A stretch of DNA of 64,000 bases from Vicinamibacterales bacterium. Its GTDB lineage: Bacteria; Acidobacteriota; Vicinamibacteria; Vicinamibacterales; UBA8438. The notes under the pieces were generated by a model. The model saw only the letters and a list, made by a program, of their open reading frames with translations. It made no database searches and was not told where the DNA came from. Below, piece by piece: positions 19,160 to 28,651 of this stretch. The translations under genes were made by a program, and so were the position numbers. Every line of letters begins with the position of its first letter. Within the stretch, counting starts at the first letter, position 1. The stretch covers positions 2,342,687 to 2,406,686 of the forward strand of contig OZ244900.1 in assembly GCA_965221595.1 (NCBI GenBank). The letters are read 5' to 3'.

Positions 19160-20212
19160 ATGACGCGTGTCCTTGCTCTTGGTCTGCTTGCGGCGAACGG
19201 GGTGGCCGTGGCCGTAGCGTTGCCGCCGCCCGCCGCGGCGGACGGCATCACCGCCATCGAGGGCATCCGGGTCGGACACCACACGCTCGCCGACCGCCCG
19301 ACCGGCTGCACGGTCGTGCTGACCGAAGACGGGGCGGTCGGCGCCGTCGATGTCCGGGGCGCGGCGCCCGGCACGCGCGAGACGGCCCTGCTGGACCCCA
19401 TGCACACCGTGCAGGAGGTCCACGCCGTCGTGCTGGCGGGGGGCAGCGCGTTCGGTCTGGCCGCGGCCGATGGCGTCATGCGCTATCTGGAGGAGCGTGG
19501 CATCGGCTACGCGACGCAGGCGGCCAACGTGCCCATCGTGCCCGCTGCCATTCTGTACGACTTGGCCGTCGGCGGCGACCCGTCCATCCGGCCCACGGCC
19601 GATTGCGGCTATCGCGCCGCGCTGGCGGCAACCCGTGAACCGGTCGCCGAGGGCAGCGTCGGCGCCGGTGCCGGCGCCACCGTGGGCAAGCTGGCCGGCC
19701 CGGGCCGCGCCATGAAGGGCGGTATCGGCAGCGCAGTGGTCGAGCTGTCCGACGGCATCCGCGTGGCGGCGCTCATGGCCGTCAACGCGGTCGGCGACGT
19801 CTACGAGCCGGCGACGGGCACCCTGCTGGCCGGCGTACGAAGCGGCGACGGCCGGCGACTCGCGGGCGCGCGGGCGCTGCTGCGGCAGCCGGCGCCGCAG
19901 GCGCCGCAGGGGGAGAACACGACCATCGGCGTCGTCGCCACCAATGCGGCGCTGGACAAGGCCCAGCTCGGCATCGTCGCCCGCATGGCGCACGACGGTC
20001 TGGCGCGGGCGGTCCGGCCGGCGCACACCCCAGTGGACGGGGATGCCATCTTCGCGCTGTCGACGGGCGCCGTGACGCACCCCGCGAGCCTGTTGCGGAT
20101 CGGCGCCCTGGCGGCCGACGTCACCGCGGAGGCCATCGTCCGCGCGGTCCGCGCGGCCAGCGGCGTCCCGGGCTTCCCGGCCGTCCGCGACCTCAAGGAG
20201 AACACACCATGA
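19160..20212 (+). CDS. P1/S58 (DmpA/BapA-like) family aminopeptidase
   Basis: Signal peptide, then GIRVGHHT, TGCTVV, GAAPGTRET, VLAGGSAFGL, NTTIGVVATNA, PVDGDAIFALSTG. Confidence 0.8.
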   Translation: MTRVLALGLLAANGVAVAVALPPPAAADGITAIEGIRVGHHTLADRPTGCTVVLTEDGAVGAVDVRGAAPGTRETALLDPMHTVQEVHAVVLAGGSAFGLAAADGVMRYLEERGIGYATQAANVPIVPAAILYDLAVGGDPSIRPTADCGYRAALAATREPVAEGSVGAGAGATVGKLAGPGRAMKGGIGSAVVELSDGIRVAALMAVNAVGDVYEPATGTLLAGVRSGDGRRLAGARALLRQPAPQAPQGENTTIGVVATNAALDKAQLGIVARMAHDGLARAVRPAHTPVDGDAIFALSTGAVTHPASLLRIGALAADVTAEAIVRAVRAASGVPGFPAVRDLKENTP

Positions 20213-21891
20213 ACGCTGTCGTTCTCGCGGTTGTCGGCCTGATCGCCGTCTTCGCGGGCTACCGCTTCTACTCGAAGTTCATGGCCGAGCGGATCTATCG
20301 GCTCGACCCCGACTTCCAGACCCCGGCGCACGCCATGCGGGACGACATCGACTACGTCCCGACGAACCGCTTCGTGCTCTGGGGGCACCACTTCACGGCA
20401 GTCGCCGGCGCGGCGCCCATCATCGGACCCAGCATCGCCGTGGTCTGGGGCTGGCTGCCGGCCTTCCTGTGGGTCGTCATCGGCACCATGTTCTTCGCCG
20501 GCGTGCACGATTTCGGCGCCATCTGGGCGAGCGTCCGCAACCGGGCGCTGTCGGTCGGCTCGCTGACCGGCGAGGTCGTCAGCCACCGGGCGCGCAACCT
20601 GTTCATGATCGTCGTCTTCTTTCTGCTGCTGATGGTCAACGCGGTCTTCGCGGTCGCCATCTCCAACGAGTTCATCAACACGCCGGCTAGCGTCATCCCC
20701 GCCTGGACCGCCGTATTCGTGGCGGTCGGCATCGGCATCCTGCTCTACAGGGTGGGCGTCGGGATCACCTGGCCGACAGTGGCCGGCACGGTCATCCTCT
20801 ACGCGGTCATCTATCTCGGCGAGCTGTTCCCGGTCTCGCTGAGCGAGGCGGCCGGTATCGCGCCGGCGGCACAGTGGATCCTGATCCTGTTCGCCTACGC
20901 GGCAGTGGCCTCGATGCTGCCCGTCTGGCTGCTGCTGCAGCCACGCGACTACATCAACGGCATCCAGCTCTTCGTCGGCCTCGGCATCCTGTACGGCGCG
21001 GTCTTCATCGCCGCCCCGACAGTGGTCGCGCCGCCGGTCAATCCGAACGTTCCGCCGGCGACGCCGCCGATCATGCCGCTGCTGTTCGTCACCATCGCCT
21101 GCGGCGCCATCTCCGGCTTCCATGGCCTGGTCAGCTCCGGCACCACGTCTAAGCAGCTCGACCGGGAGACGGACGCGCGGTTCGTCGGCTACCTCGGATC
21201 GCTCGGCGAAGGCGCGCTGGCGATCGTCGCGATCATCGCGGTCACGGCTGGCTTCTCGCTGAGCGAGTGGCAGTCGGCCTACGTAAACGCGGAGAGCTTC
21301 GGCGCAGTGGGGGGCATCAGCGCGTTCGTCGAGGGCGGCGCGCGGATCGCTGCCGCGGGGCTCGGCCTCCCGCTCGGCTTCGCCCAGACGTTGCTCGCGG
21401 TGATGGCGGTCCTGTTCGCCGGAACCACGATGGATGCCGGGGTTCGGCTGCAGCGCTACATCGTGCAGGAGTGGGGCACCATCTACGACATTCCGGCCCT
21501 CCAGAACGGCTACGTCGCCACCGCCATCGCCGTGGGAGCCTGCCTGGCCCTGGCGTTCGGCGCGGGTGGGGCCGACGGAACCGGCGGCATGATCATCTGG
21601 CCGCTGTTCGGTACGACGAACCAGCTCCTGGCGGGGCTCACGCTCCTCGTCATCAGCGTCATGCTGGTCAAGCTGGGGCGGCCCGCGCGCTACACGCTGA
21701 TCCCGATGGTCTTCGTCACGACGATGGCGCTGCTCGCTGCGCTCTACCAGCTCAGCAGCCTCTACACCGACGGCAACTACCTGCTGGTCGCCATCGACGT
21801 CGTGATCATCATCACCGCCATCTTCGTCATGCTCGAGGCAGTGTCGGCACTCATGCGGGAACGCCGCGCGGCCGCGGCGGCGGCAGGCTAG
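20209..21891 (+). CDS. cstA: Carbon starvation protein A family transporter (copy 1)
   Basis: YRFYSKF, DYVPTN, LWGHHFTAVAGAAPIIGP, GVHDFG, CGAISGFHGLVSSGTTSKQL, many TM segments. ATGA overlap with the upstream peptidase gene. Confidence 0.9.
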   Translation: MNAVVLAVVGLIAVFAGYRFYSKFMAERIYRLDPDFQTPAHAMRDDIDYVPTNRFVLWGHHFTAVAGAAPIIGPSIAVVWGWLPAFLWVVIGTMFFAGVHDFGAIWASVRNRALSVGSLTGEVVSHRARNLFMIVVFFLLLMVNAVFAVAISNEFINTPASVIPAWTAVFVAVGIGILLYRVGVGITWPTVAGTVILYAVIYLGELFPVSLSEAAGIAPAAQWILILFAYAAVASMLPVWLLLQPRDYINGIQLFVGLGILYGAVFIAAPTVVAPPVNPNVPPATPPIMPLLFVTIACGAISGFHGLVSSGTTSKQLDRETDARFVGYLGSLGEGALAIVAIIAVTAGFSLSEWQSAYVNAESFGAVGGISAFVEGGARIAAAGLGLPLGFAQTLLAVMAVLFAGTTMDAGVRLQRYIVQEWGTIYDIPALQNGYVATAIAVGACLALAFGAGGADGTGGMIIWPLFGTTNQLLAGLTLLVISVMLVKLGRPARYTLIPMVFVTTMALLAALYQLSSLYTDGNYLLVAIDVVIIITAIFVMLEAVSALMRERRAAAAAAG

Positions 21892-21925
21892 CTGGGCGGG
21901 AGGCTGACGCCGCCGAGGACACTTT

Positions 21926-22207
21926 ATGCGCGAACGCTGGATACACCGGTTCGGGGCACGGCTGGCCGCCGCGCGCGCGCTGCTCGGCGAGTTCTACACG
22001 GCGCCCTACCGGGGCGCCGTGGCGCGCGCGCGGCGCGACGAGGACGACCTGTTCATGCTGTTCGTCTACGCCGAGCTGATGGGGGTGCCGAATCCCGCGA
22101 CCTACTACACGCTGGAGCTCCAGCCGCTCCTGCTGGAGCGCTTCCACGAGTGGCACACCCGGGCGGGCCTCGAACAGTCGCCCCTGGACCACTTTCGCTG
22201 CTGCTAG
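21926..22207 (+). CDS. Small conserved protein ending in Cys-Cys (93 aa)
   Basis: ORF ends ...SPLDHFRCC-stop. It sits between cstA and an ArsA-like ATPase. From memory, RefSeq names such small CC-terminated proteins next to ArsA-like ATPases 'cory-CC-star'; this is unverified here. Confidence 0.65.
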   Translation: MRERWIHRFGARLAAARALLGEFYTAPYRGAVARARRDEDDLFMLFVYAELMGVPNPATYYTLELQPLLLERFHEWHTRAGLEQSPLDHFRCC

Positions 22208-22437
22208 CCGCCCGTGGTGAAACCCCTCGTCGCACCGAGACGGGCGAGGCGCCCGCCTGCCGAGGCGCGGCGAGGGAGCCTATCGGCCATAGTCGACCGC
22301 GCAGCAACGCCGTCAGGCGGTATGCAGCGCCCGTCGAATGCAGCGGGGCCTTTGCCGCGGGCCGCCAGGCCGGGCTTCCGGGGCGCAGAGGTCCCCGCGT
22401 GCGGACGCCGGGGTTCGGGGCGCAGCCCCGTCTGAAC

Positions 22438-23451
22438 ATGCTCGACGACCTGCTGGCGCACCAACTGGTGTTCGTCGGCGGCAAGGGCGGCGTCGGCAAG
22501 ACGACCATTGCCGCGGCAACAGCCCTCAGCGCCGCCGACCGGGGGCGGCGCTGCCTGCTGGTCTCCACGGACCCGGCGCACTCGCTGGGGGACATCTTCC
22601 GGCGCGAGATAGGTGATCCGCAGCAGGAGCTCGGACCGCACCTCTGGGGCGTGGAGATCGACCCGGACCGCGAGGCGGCGCGCCACATCGACGCCGTGAA
22701 GTCCCAGATGAAGGCGCTCGTGCATCCGCGCCTGTACGGCGAGGTGGACCGGCAGCTCGACCTTGCCCGCGACGCGCCCGGCGCCGCCGAGGCCGCACTG
22801 CTCGAGCGGGTCGCGATGCTCATGGGTCAAGACGGCTCGCGCTACGACCTCGTCGTCTTCGACACCGCGCCCAGCGGCCACACGGTACGCCTGCTCTCGC
22901 TGCCCGAGGTGATGGGCGCCTGGATGGACGGCCTCCTGCGCCACCGGCAACGCGCGGGCCGCCTGGCGGCCGCCCTGGGCCGGCTCGGCGACGGGCCGGC
23001 CGGGGGCGACGAGCTGTCGCTCATCGACAATCCGGCGGACCACGAGCCGGGCAGCCGCAACGCACAAATTCACGAGCGTCTGCAGGCCCGGCGACGCACG
23101 TTCCTGGTGGCGCGCGAGCGGCTGCTCGACCCGACGACCACGGCCTTTCTGCTGGTGACGAACGCCGACAAGCTGTCGATTCTGGAGAGTCGGCGGGTCC
23201 GCGACCTGCTGTCCCGGTTCGACGTCGGCGTCTGGGGGGTCGTGGTCAACCGCGTGCTGCCGGGCGCGGCCGGCGGCGAGTTCCTGGCTGCGCGGCGGCG
23301 CCAGGAGCAGGCCTACCGCACGGAGATCGACCGTCTTTTCGCGCGCCTGCCGCGGGTGGCGGTGCCGCTGCTCGAACACGACGTCCACGGCACGGACGCC
23401 CTGCGGCAGGTCGGCGAGCTGCTGCGGCGCGGCTGGGAGGCCGGCCGGTAG
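22438..23451 (+). CDS. ArsA/GET3-family P-loop ATPase (single domain)
   Basis: In frame in ORF 22150..23451. Starts at MLDDLLAHQLVFVGGKGGVGKTT (ATG at 22438), then STDPAHSLGD and DTAPSGHTVRLL. The upstream 96 codons are Arg/Pro-rich junk. Confidence 0.85.
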   Translation: MLDDLLAHQLVFVGGKGGVGKTTIAAATALSAADRGRRCLLVSTDPAHSLGDIFRREIGDPQQELGPHLWGVEIDPDREAARHIDAVKSQMKALVHPRLYGEVDRQLDLARDAPGAAEAALLERVAMLMGQDGSRYDLVVFDTAPSGHTVRLLSLPEVMGAWMDGLLRHRQRAGRLAAALGRLGDGPAGGDELSLIDNPADHEPGSRNAQIHERLQARRRTFLVARERLLDPTTTAFLLVTNADKLSILESRRVRDLLSRFDVGVWGVVVNRVLPGAAGGEFLAARRRQEQAYRTEIDRLFARLPRVAVPLLEHDVHGTDALRQVGELLRRGWEAGR

Positions 23452-23465
23452 GCCCCGAAACCGTC

Positions 23466-25202
23466 GTGGACGTTTCTCCTGCGGCCGTTGCGCTGTTGGC
23501 CTTCGGCGCCTACTGGGCGGCCTACCGCTTCTACGCGCGGCACCTGGCGCGGCGGCTGTTCGCACTCGACGCCGCCCGGCCCACGCCGGCGCACCGGCTG
23601 CGCGACGAGGTCGACTACGTACCCGCCAACCGCTACGTGCTGTTCGGGCACCAGTTCGCGTCCATCACGGGCCTCTCGCCCATGCTGGGCCCCGCCATCG
23701 CGGTCATCTGGGGCTGGCTCCCGGCGCTGGCATGGGTGGTGCTGGGCGCCGTCTTCGTCGGCGCCGTGCACGACTTCGGCGCGCTGGCAGTCTCCATCCG
23801 CGCCCGCGGCATGTCGCTCGGCAAGGTGACCGAGAGCCTGGTCGGACCGCGCGCGAAGACGTTGTTCCACCTGCTCATCTTCTTCCTGATCGCCCTGGCC
23901 ATGGGCGTGTTCGTGCACATCGTGGCCACGCTGTTCTCCCCCGCCTTCTACCCGGAGTCGGTGCTGCCGACGGCCGTGCTCATGCTCGTCGCGGTCGGTA
24001 TCGGCCTGGCCATCTACCGACTGGGCTGGGACATCCGGTTGCTGACCGCCGTCGGCCTGCCGGTGCTAATCCTGCTCGTTCTGGGCGGCATCCGGTACCC
24101 GGTCATCGGCCCCTCGTTGGCGCAGTGGAAGTGGCTGCTGCTGATCTACGCGTTCGCCGCCAGCGTGCTGCCGGTCTGGCTGCTGCTGCAGCCCCGCGAC
24201 TACCTGAACAGCCTGCTCCTCTACGCGGGCGTCGCGGCGATGTACGCCGGCTTCTTCCTGACCAATCCGTCGTTCGCCGCCCCCGTGCTGGACGTCGACC
24301 CGGCAGGAGCGCCGGCGATGTTCCCGTTCGTCTTCATCGTGATCGCCTGCGGAGCCGCCAGCGGCTTCCACGCGCTGGTCTCGTCGGGAACCTCGGCCAA
24401 GCAGCTCGACCGGGAGACCGACGCCCCGTTCGTGGGGTACGGCGCGATGCTCGGCGAGTCGCTGCTGGGTATGATGGCGGTGCTGGCCTGCACGGCAGGC
24501 TTCGTGTCGCGCGAGGAATGGCTGACGCGCTACCAGAGCTGGGAGACGGCCGACAGCCTCGGCGGCAACATCGCGGCGTTCATCGCCGGTACGACGCGGT
24601 TCCTGACCGCGCTGGGCTTCTCCGTCGAGCTGGCGACCGTCGGCGTCGCCGTGCTCGTCGTCTCGTTCGCCCTGACGTCGCTCGACTCCGCCACGCGCCT
24701 GCTGCGCTACAACGTCGCCGAGATCGGCGAGACGCTGGGCGCTCCCGTGCTCGGGAACCGCTACGTGGCCTCGACCGTCGCCGTCGCTGCCATCTGGTTC
24801 TTCGCGTTCTTCCAGGTGCAGGGCGAGTTCGCCGGGCTGGTGCTCTGGCAGCTCTTCGGGACGACCAACCAGATGCTGGCGGGACTCGCACTGCTCGCCG
24901 TGACGGTCTACCTGCTGCGGCGCGGCAAGCCGGTCGTCTACACCCTGGCGCCGATGCTGCTGATCCTGGTCTCCACACTGTCGGCCATGAGCATCAACCT
25001 CGCGGCGTTCCGGCAGGACGCACAGTGGACGCTGCTGGTCACCGGGAGCGTCATCCTGGGGTTGGCGGTCTGGCTCACGGGCGAGGCCTGGCTGGCCGTA
25101 CGCCGCTTCCGGCACCGCGGCACGATCGAGCCGCTGGAGGTCGGTTTCCAGCCGGCGCCGGACCCGCCGTTTGCCCGCCGCGGCAAACAGACTCTAGAAT
25201 AG
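23466..25202 (+). CDS. cstA: Carbon starvation protein A family transporter (copy 2, divergent paralog)
   Basis: GTG start. YRFYARH, DYVPAN, LFGHQFASITGLSPMLGP, AVHDFG, CGAASGFHALVSSGTSAKQL. Confidence 0.9.
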   Translation: MDVSPAAVALLAFGAYWAAYRFYARHLARRLFALDAARPTPAHRLRDEVDYVPANRYVLFGHQFASITGLSPMLGPAIAVIWGWLPALAWVVLGAVFVGAVHDFGALAVSIRARGMSLGKVTESLVGPRAKTLFHLLIFFLIALAMGVFVHIVATLFSPAFYPESVLPTAVLMLVAVGIGLAIYRLGWDIRLLTAVGLPVLILLVLGGIRYPVIGPSLAQWKWLLLIYAFAASVLPVWLLLQPRDYLNSLLLYAGVAAMYAGFFLTNPSFAAPVLDVDPAGAPAMFPFVFIVIACGAASGFHALVSSGTSAKQLDRETDAPFVGYGAMLGESLLGMMAVLACTAGFVSREEWLTRYQSWETADSLGGNIAAFIAGTTRFLTALGFSVELATVGVAVLVVSFALTSLDSATRLLRYNVAEIGETLGAPVLGNRYVASTVAVAAIWFFAFFQVQGEFAGLVLWQLFGTTNQMLAGLALLAVTVYLLRRGKPVVYTLAPMLLILVSTLSAMSINLAAFRQDAQWTLLVTGSVILGLAVWLTGEAWLAVRRFRHRGTIEPLEVGFQPAPDPPFARRGKQTLE

Positions 25203-25228
25203 GGACGGTTTTCACGGAGGTCGAACGC

Positions 25229-25315
25229 TTGAACCCCTGGCTGGCAGTCCTGATTACCGGCATCCTCGCGTTCGCGGCACACATCGTCTTCGTGCTTGCC
25301 GTGCGCAGCAAATAG
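25229..25315 (+). CDS. Candidate 28-aa single-TM micro-protein
   Basis: GGAGG at 25216-25220, 8 nt before TTG at 25229. Reads LNPWLAVLITGILAFAAHIVFVLAVRSK-stop, directly after cstA copy 2. Too short for statistical support. Confidence 0.3.
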   Translation: MNPWLAVLITGILAFAAHIVFVLAVRSK

Positions 25316-25660
25316 CCGACCCGGCGGATCGCGCACGGCATACTGCGCCGGTCGCCCGCGCGAATCGCCTGCAGCAGACGGGGCTCCGCCCCCCGAATTC
25401 GCGGCGTCCGCCTGCGGGAGCCCCTCTCGCCCGGCGCGGGGCGCGCCTTGCTGCCGCCCGCCCAAGGCTTCCTGGCCCGCCATGCCGGCGACGTCCGCCA
25501 CGACTTCGGCGACGGTCAACGCGGCGAAGTCCGAGCCCGCGAGCGCCACGGACAGACCGCTGGATTGGCGCCTCGACGGCTCGCCGGGAGTCGTATCCGC
25601 CGTCGCCGGCCCCACGCCCCCCGGGCCGCTGTCGCGGCCGGCCCGTGTGCCGAGCGTCAG

Positions 25661-27310
25661 TCAGTCGCGCAGGCCGAAGACGAAGAGCACGTTGCCGGCC
25701 GCGGCCGCGACGTATTGCGTATCGCCCACCTGATAGCTCATCGGCCCGTTGTGGATGACGCCGCCCAGCGCGGTCCGCCAGAGCAGGTCCCCGTCAGCCG
25801 CATCGAATGCGTAGAAGTAGCCTTCCCGGCCGCCGGTGAACAGCACGTCGGACGCCGTGGTCAGGATGCCGCTGGTCGTGACGTCGGTCATCTCGAACTT
25901 CCAGCGCTGCTCGCCGGTGCGCGCATCGAGCGCGATCACGGCGCCGGTCCCGGCCGCCTCCGTCCAGCGGTTGACGTGGCCGCGCGTCAGCGCGGGGGGC
26001 GCCGCCGCGCCCGGGATGGCGGGCATCGGCCGGCCGCCGAGAAACAGCTGGCCCTCGCGGTACTCCTCCGGCTCGGACGCCGGCTCGAAGATCGCTCCGT
26101 AGTTCTCCCAGGCCGACAGATAGAACAGCCCGGTGCCCGGGTTGTAGGACGGCGAGTACCAGTTCGTACCGCCCTGCACGCCGGGATAGGTCACCTCGCC
26201 GGGCGCCTGCGGTGTCTGAATCGGCCGGCCGCTGTCGTCGAGCCCCTCGGCCCAGTTGACCGTCACGAACGGACGGCCGTTGATGAAACGGCCGGTGGTG
26301 CGGTCCAGGGCATAGAAGAACCCGTTGCGGTTGGCCCACAGCATGACCTTGACCACCTGCCCGTCGGCGGTCTCGATGTCCGCGAGCACGGGAATCTGGA
26401 CGGCGTCGTAGTCGTACGGGTCGTTCGGTGTGAACTGGAAGTACCAGCGCAGCTCGCCGGTGTCGGCATCGAGCGCCACGACGCTGTCCGAGTAGAGGTT
26501 GTCGCCCCGCCGCTGCGCGGGGTTCCAGTCGGGCCCGGGGTTGCCGATGCCCCAGTACGTCAGGTTGAGCTCCGGATCGTAGGACCCGGTCAGCCAGACA
26601 GAGGCACCGCCGGTGCGCCACGAGTCGCCCGCCCAGGTATCGTTCCCCGGTTCGCCCGGACCCGGAATCGTGTAGAAGCGCCATGCCTCCGCGCCGGTGG
26701 CCGCGTCGTACGCCGCGATGTAGCCGCGGATGCCGTACTCCCCGCCCGCGACGCCCACCACGACCTTGTCATCGATGACCAGCGGGGCCACCGTCATGGC
26801 GTAGCCCTGCGACGGCTCGCCGACCTTGGTCTTCCAGACCGGCCGGCCCGTGACCGCGTCCAGCGCGATGAGCTGGGCATCGATCGTGGCCATGAACAAC
26901 GTGTCGCCGAGGATGGCCACGCCGCGGTTGACGCGGCCGCAGCAGGGCCGCGACTCCGGCGACGGCGTGTATTCGTAGACCCAGAACACGCGCCCCGACG
27001 CGGCGTCGAGCGCCACCACGTCGTTGGGGGCCTGGGTGACGTACATGACGCCGTCCACCACCAGCGGCGTCGCGGTGAAGTTTTCGAGCGACCGGGCCTG
27101 GAACACCCACTTGAGCTCCAGGTCCTCGACGTTGGACGGCGTGATCTGGTCCAGGAGGCTGTGACGCATGCTGGAGTACGACCCCGAGTAGGTCAGCCAG
27201 TTGTGCGGCTCGTCCTGCGCATTGCGCAGACGGTCGGCGGTGACCTGCGCATCGAGGCCGACGCCGAGCAGCAGCGACAGGACGCACGTCAGAGCAACGA
27301 ATCGGGCCAT
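25661..27310 (-). CDS. PQQ-dependent dehydrogenase, methanol/ethanol family (quinoprotein)
   Basis: Signal peptide, NWLTYSG, vicinal Cys pair in SRPCCGRVNRG, W-repeat propeller blades (ALDA.TG...W), GGASVW, NLYSDSVVALDADTGELRW. Confidence 0.9.
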   Translation of the reverse strand: MARFVALTCVLSLLLGVGLDAQVTADRLRNAQDEPHNWLTYSGSYSSMRHSLLDQITPSNVEDLELKWVFQARSLENFTATPLVVDGVMYVTQAPNDVVALDAASGRVFWVYEYTPSPESRPCCGRVNRGVAILGDTLFMATIDAQLIALDAVTGRPVWKTKVGEPSQGYAMTVAPLVIDDKVVVGVAGGEYGIRGYIAAYDAATGAEAWRFYTIPGPGEPGNDTWAGDSWRTGGASVWLTGSYDPELNLTYWGIGNPGPDWNPAQRRGDNLYSDSVVALDADTGELRWYFQFTPNDPYDYDAVQIPVLADIETADGQVVKVMLWANRNGFFYALDRTTGRFINGRPFVTVNWAEGLDDSGRPIQTPQAPGEVTYPGVQGGTNWYSPSYNPGTGLFYLSAWENYGAIFEPASEPEEYREGQLFLGGRPMPAIPGAAAPPALTRGHVNRWTEAAGTGAVIALDARTGEQRWKFEMTDVTTSGILTTASDVLFTGGREGYFYAFDAADGDLLWRTALGGVIHNGPMSYQVGDTQYVAAAAGNVLFVFGLRD

Positions 27311-27312
27311 GG

Positions 27313-28101
27313 TCAGTCCACCCCTTTGAGAGAGAGGAGATAGGCGAGCAGATCGGAGAGTTCCTGCTCGCCGAGCTCGTCCGCGTAGGACGGCATCGGC
27401 GACGTCGTCAGCACCGTGTACTCCTGCAGGTCGGACTTCTCGAGCGAGACGAGCCGCTCGTCCTGGTCGATCAGCTGCACCGTGAAGGTGTCCTCGTTCA
27501 GGCGCCGCCCGCGCACCTCGCGCCCGTCGCGCGTCACGGCGCGGACCGGGCGATTGACGGGCAGCATCGAGCCGCTCGGGTCCAGCAGCGACCGCTCGAG
27601 CGCGCCGGCGGAGCGCACGACGCCGATGTCGGTCAGATCGGGAGCGATGCGTGAACCGCGGCCCGCCACCCGGTGGCAGCTCAGGCAGTCGCCCTTGCCG
27701 GCGAAGACAGCCTGGCCGCGGACGGCGTCCCCCACCGTGAGCGTGGCCGGATCGACCGCGCCCATGGTGCGGATGAAGGCCACCAGGCCGGACAGCTCGG
27801 CCGCGGTGTACTCGCCGGGCGGCATCGCGGTGTCCGGCAGCCCGTTCGCGATCACCGCCTGCAGCTCCGGGTCCGAGGCAGCGTTGCGGAACGTCCCGCT
27901 GCGCAGGCTCACGCCGGCAATCGCATCGCCTTCCGAACCGTGACAGGCCGAGCAGTTGTCGGCGTAGAGGCGCGCGCCGAACTCGATGTCGGCCTGGGCA
28001 TACTGGCCGGCATGCTCCTGCGCAAGCGGCGCGGCTCCGGACGCCGCGAGCAGGACGGCCGCCACCAGCGCCAGGAATCCTGCGTGTCGTCTATCTTGCA
28101 T
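27313..28101 (-). CDS. Dihaem c-type cytochrome
   Basis: ORF 27313..28200 trimmed to [13 protein letters not shown] (ATG at 28101). Two CxxCH sites (CSACH, CLSCH). The second domain resembles the PVC-type haem-binding domain ([21 protein letters not shown] ... MP ... DLLAYL). The stop lies 2 nt before the dehydrogenase start. Confidence 0.8.
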   Translation of the reverse strand: MQDRRHAGFLALVAAVLLAASGAAPLAQEHAGQYAQADIEFGARLYADNCSACHGSEGDAIAGVSLRSGTFRNAASDPELQAVIANGLPDTAMPPGEYTAAELSGLVAFIRTMGAVDPATLTVGDAVRGQAVFAGKGDCLSCHRVAGRGSRIAPDLTDIGVVRSAGALERSLLDPSGSMLPVNRPVRAVTRDGREVRGRRLNEDTFTVQLIDQDERLVSLEKSDLQEYTVLTTSPMPSYADELGEQELSDLLAYLLSLKGVD

Positions 28102-28201
28102 TCTGGTCTCCACCCGGAACAGGTGCCCATTGTAGTGCAGTCTCTCTCGTCGAGACCTGCGGCCGGTCCCGCGTCGGCTGCCCGAACGGGCCGTCAGCAC
28201 C

Positions 28202-28207
28202 TATAAT
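28202..28207 (+). promoter_or_regulatory. Perfect TATAAT -10 hexamer 6 nt upstream of the ATG at 28214 (leaderless-type promoter candidate)
   Basis: ctTATAATgcccgcATG read directly. There is no room for a Shine-Dalgarno sequence. Confidence 0.35.
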
Positions 28208-28213
28208 GCCCGC

Positions 28214-28651
28214 ATGCATGCCTGTCTGCGCGCTCCGCTCGCCGTGACCTCCATTCTGCTGCTGGCTGCCTGCACCGATGCTCCGCGGCAGGCCGAGCGC
28301 CCCCCGGAGCCGGATGCCGACGGCCTGCGGGCGTCCTTCGCAGCGCAGATCGCCGCGGTGGACGGGGTGGGCGACGTCGCAGGCGACGGAACCGAACTCG
28401 CGTTCTCCGGGCCGGACGGCGCGGGCGGACAGGTTGCCTGGCAGGTCCGCATCGATTCGGCAGTCGTCGCGGCGCAGGACGACCCGGAGTACCCGTACCG
28501 CGGGAACATCCTGTCCTCGTGGTACGCGGACGGCGAAGCGGTCGTGCCGGTGGGCAACATCTCCCATCTGCCGTCCGACTTCCTGAATGCGGGCATCGCG
28601 CAGGACTGCTGGGGCCTGTGGTCGGCGGCGGAGAGTCGGTGGACCTGGTAG
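28214..28651 (+). CDS. Hypothetical lipoprotein (145 aa)
   Basis: Lipobox ILLLAAC after a short signal peptide. No family recognised. Confidence 0.6.
   Translation: MHACLRAPLAVTSILLLAACTDAPRQAERPPEPDADGLRASFAAQIAAVDGVGDVAGDGTELAFSGPDGAGGQVAWQVRIDSAVVAAQDDPEYPYRGNILSSWYADGEAVVPVGNISHLPSDFLNAGIAQDCWGLWSAAESRWTW

Noticed and set aside
24938-25615. 225-aa minus-strand ORF spanning the 345-nt gap after cstA copy 2
   Set aside because: Half of it overlaps the cstA 3' end. The remainder is low-complexity Gly/Ala/Arg/Pro sequence with no start context or motif, so it was treated as non-coding.
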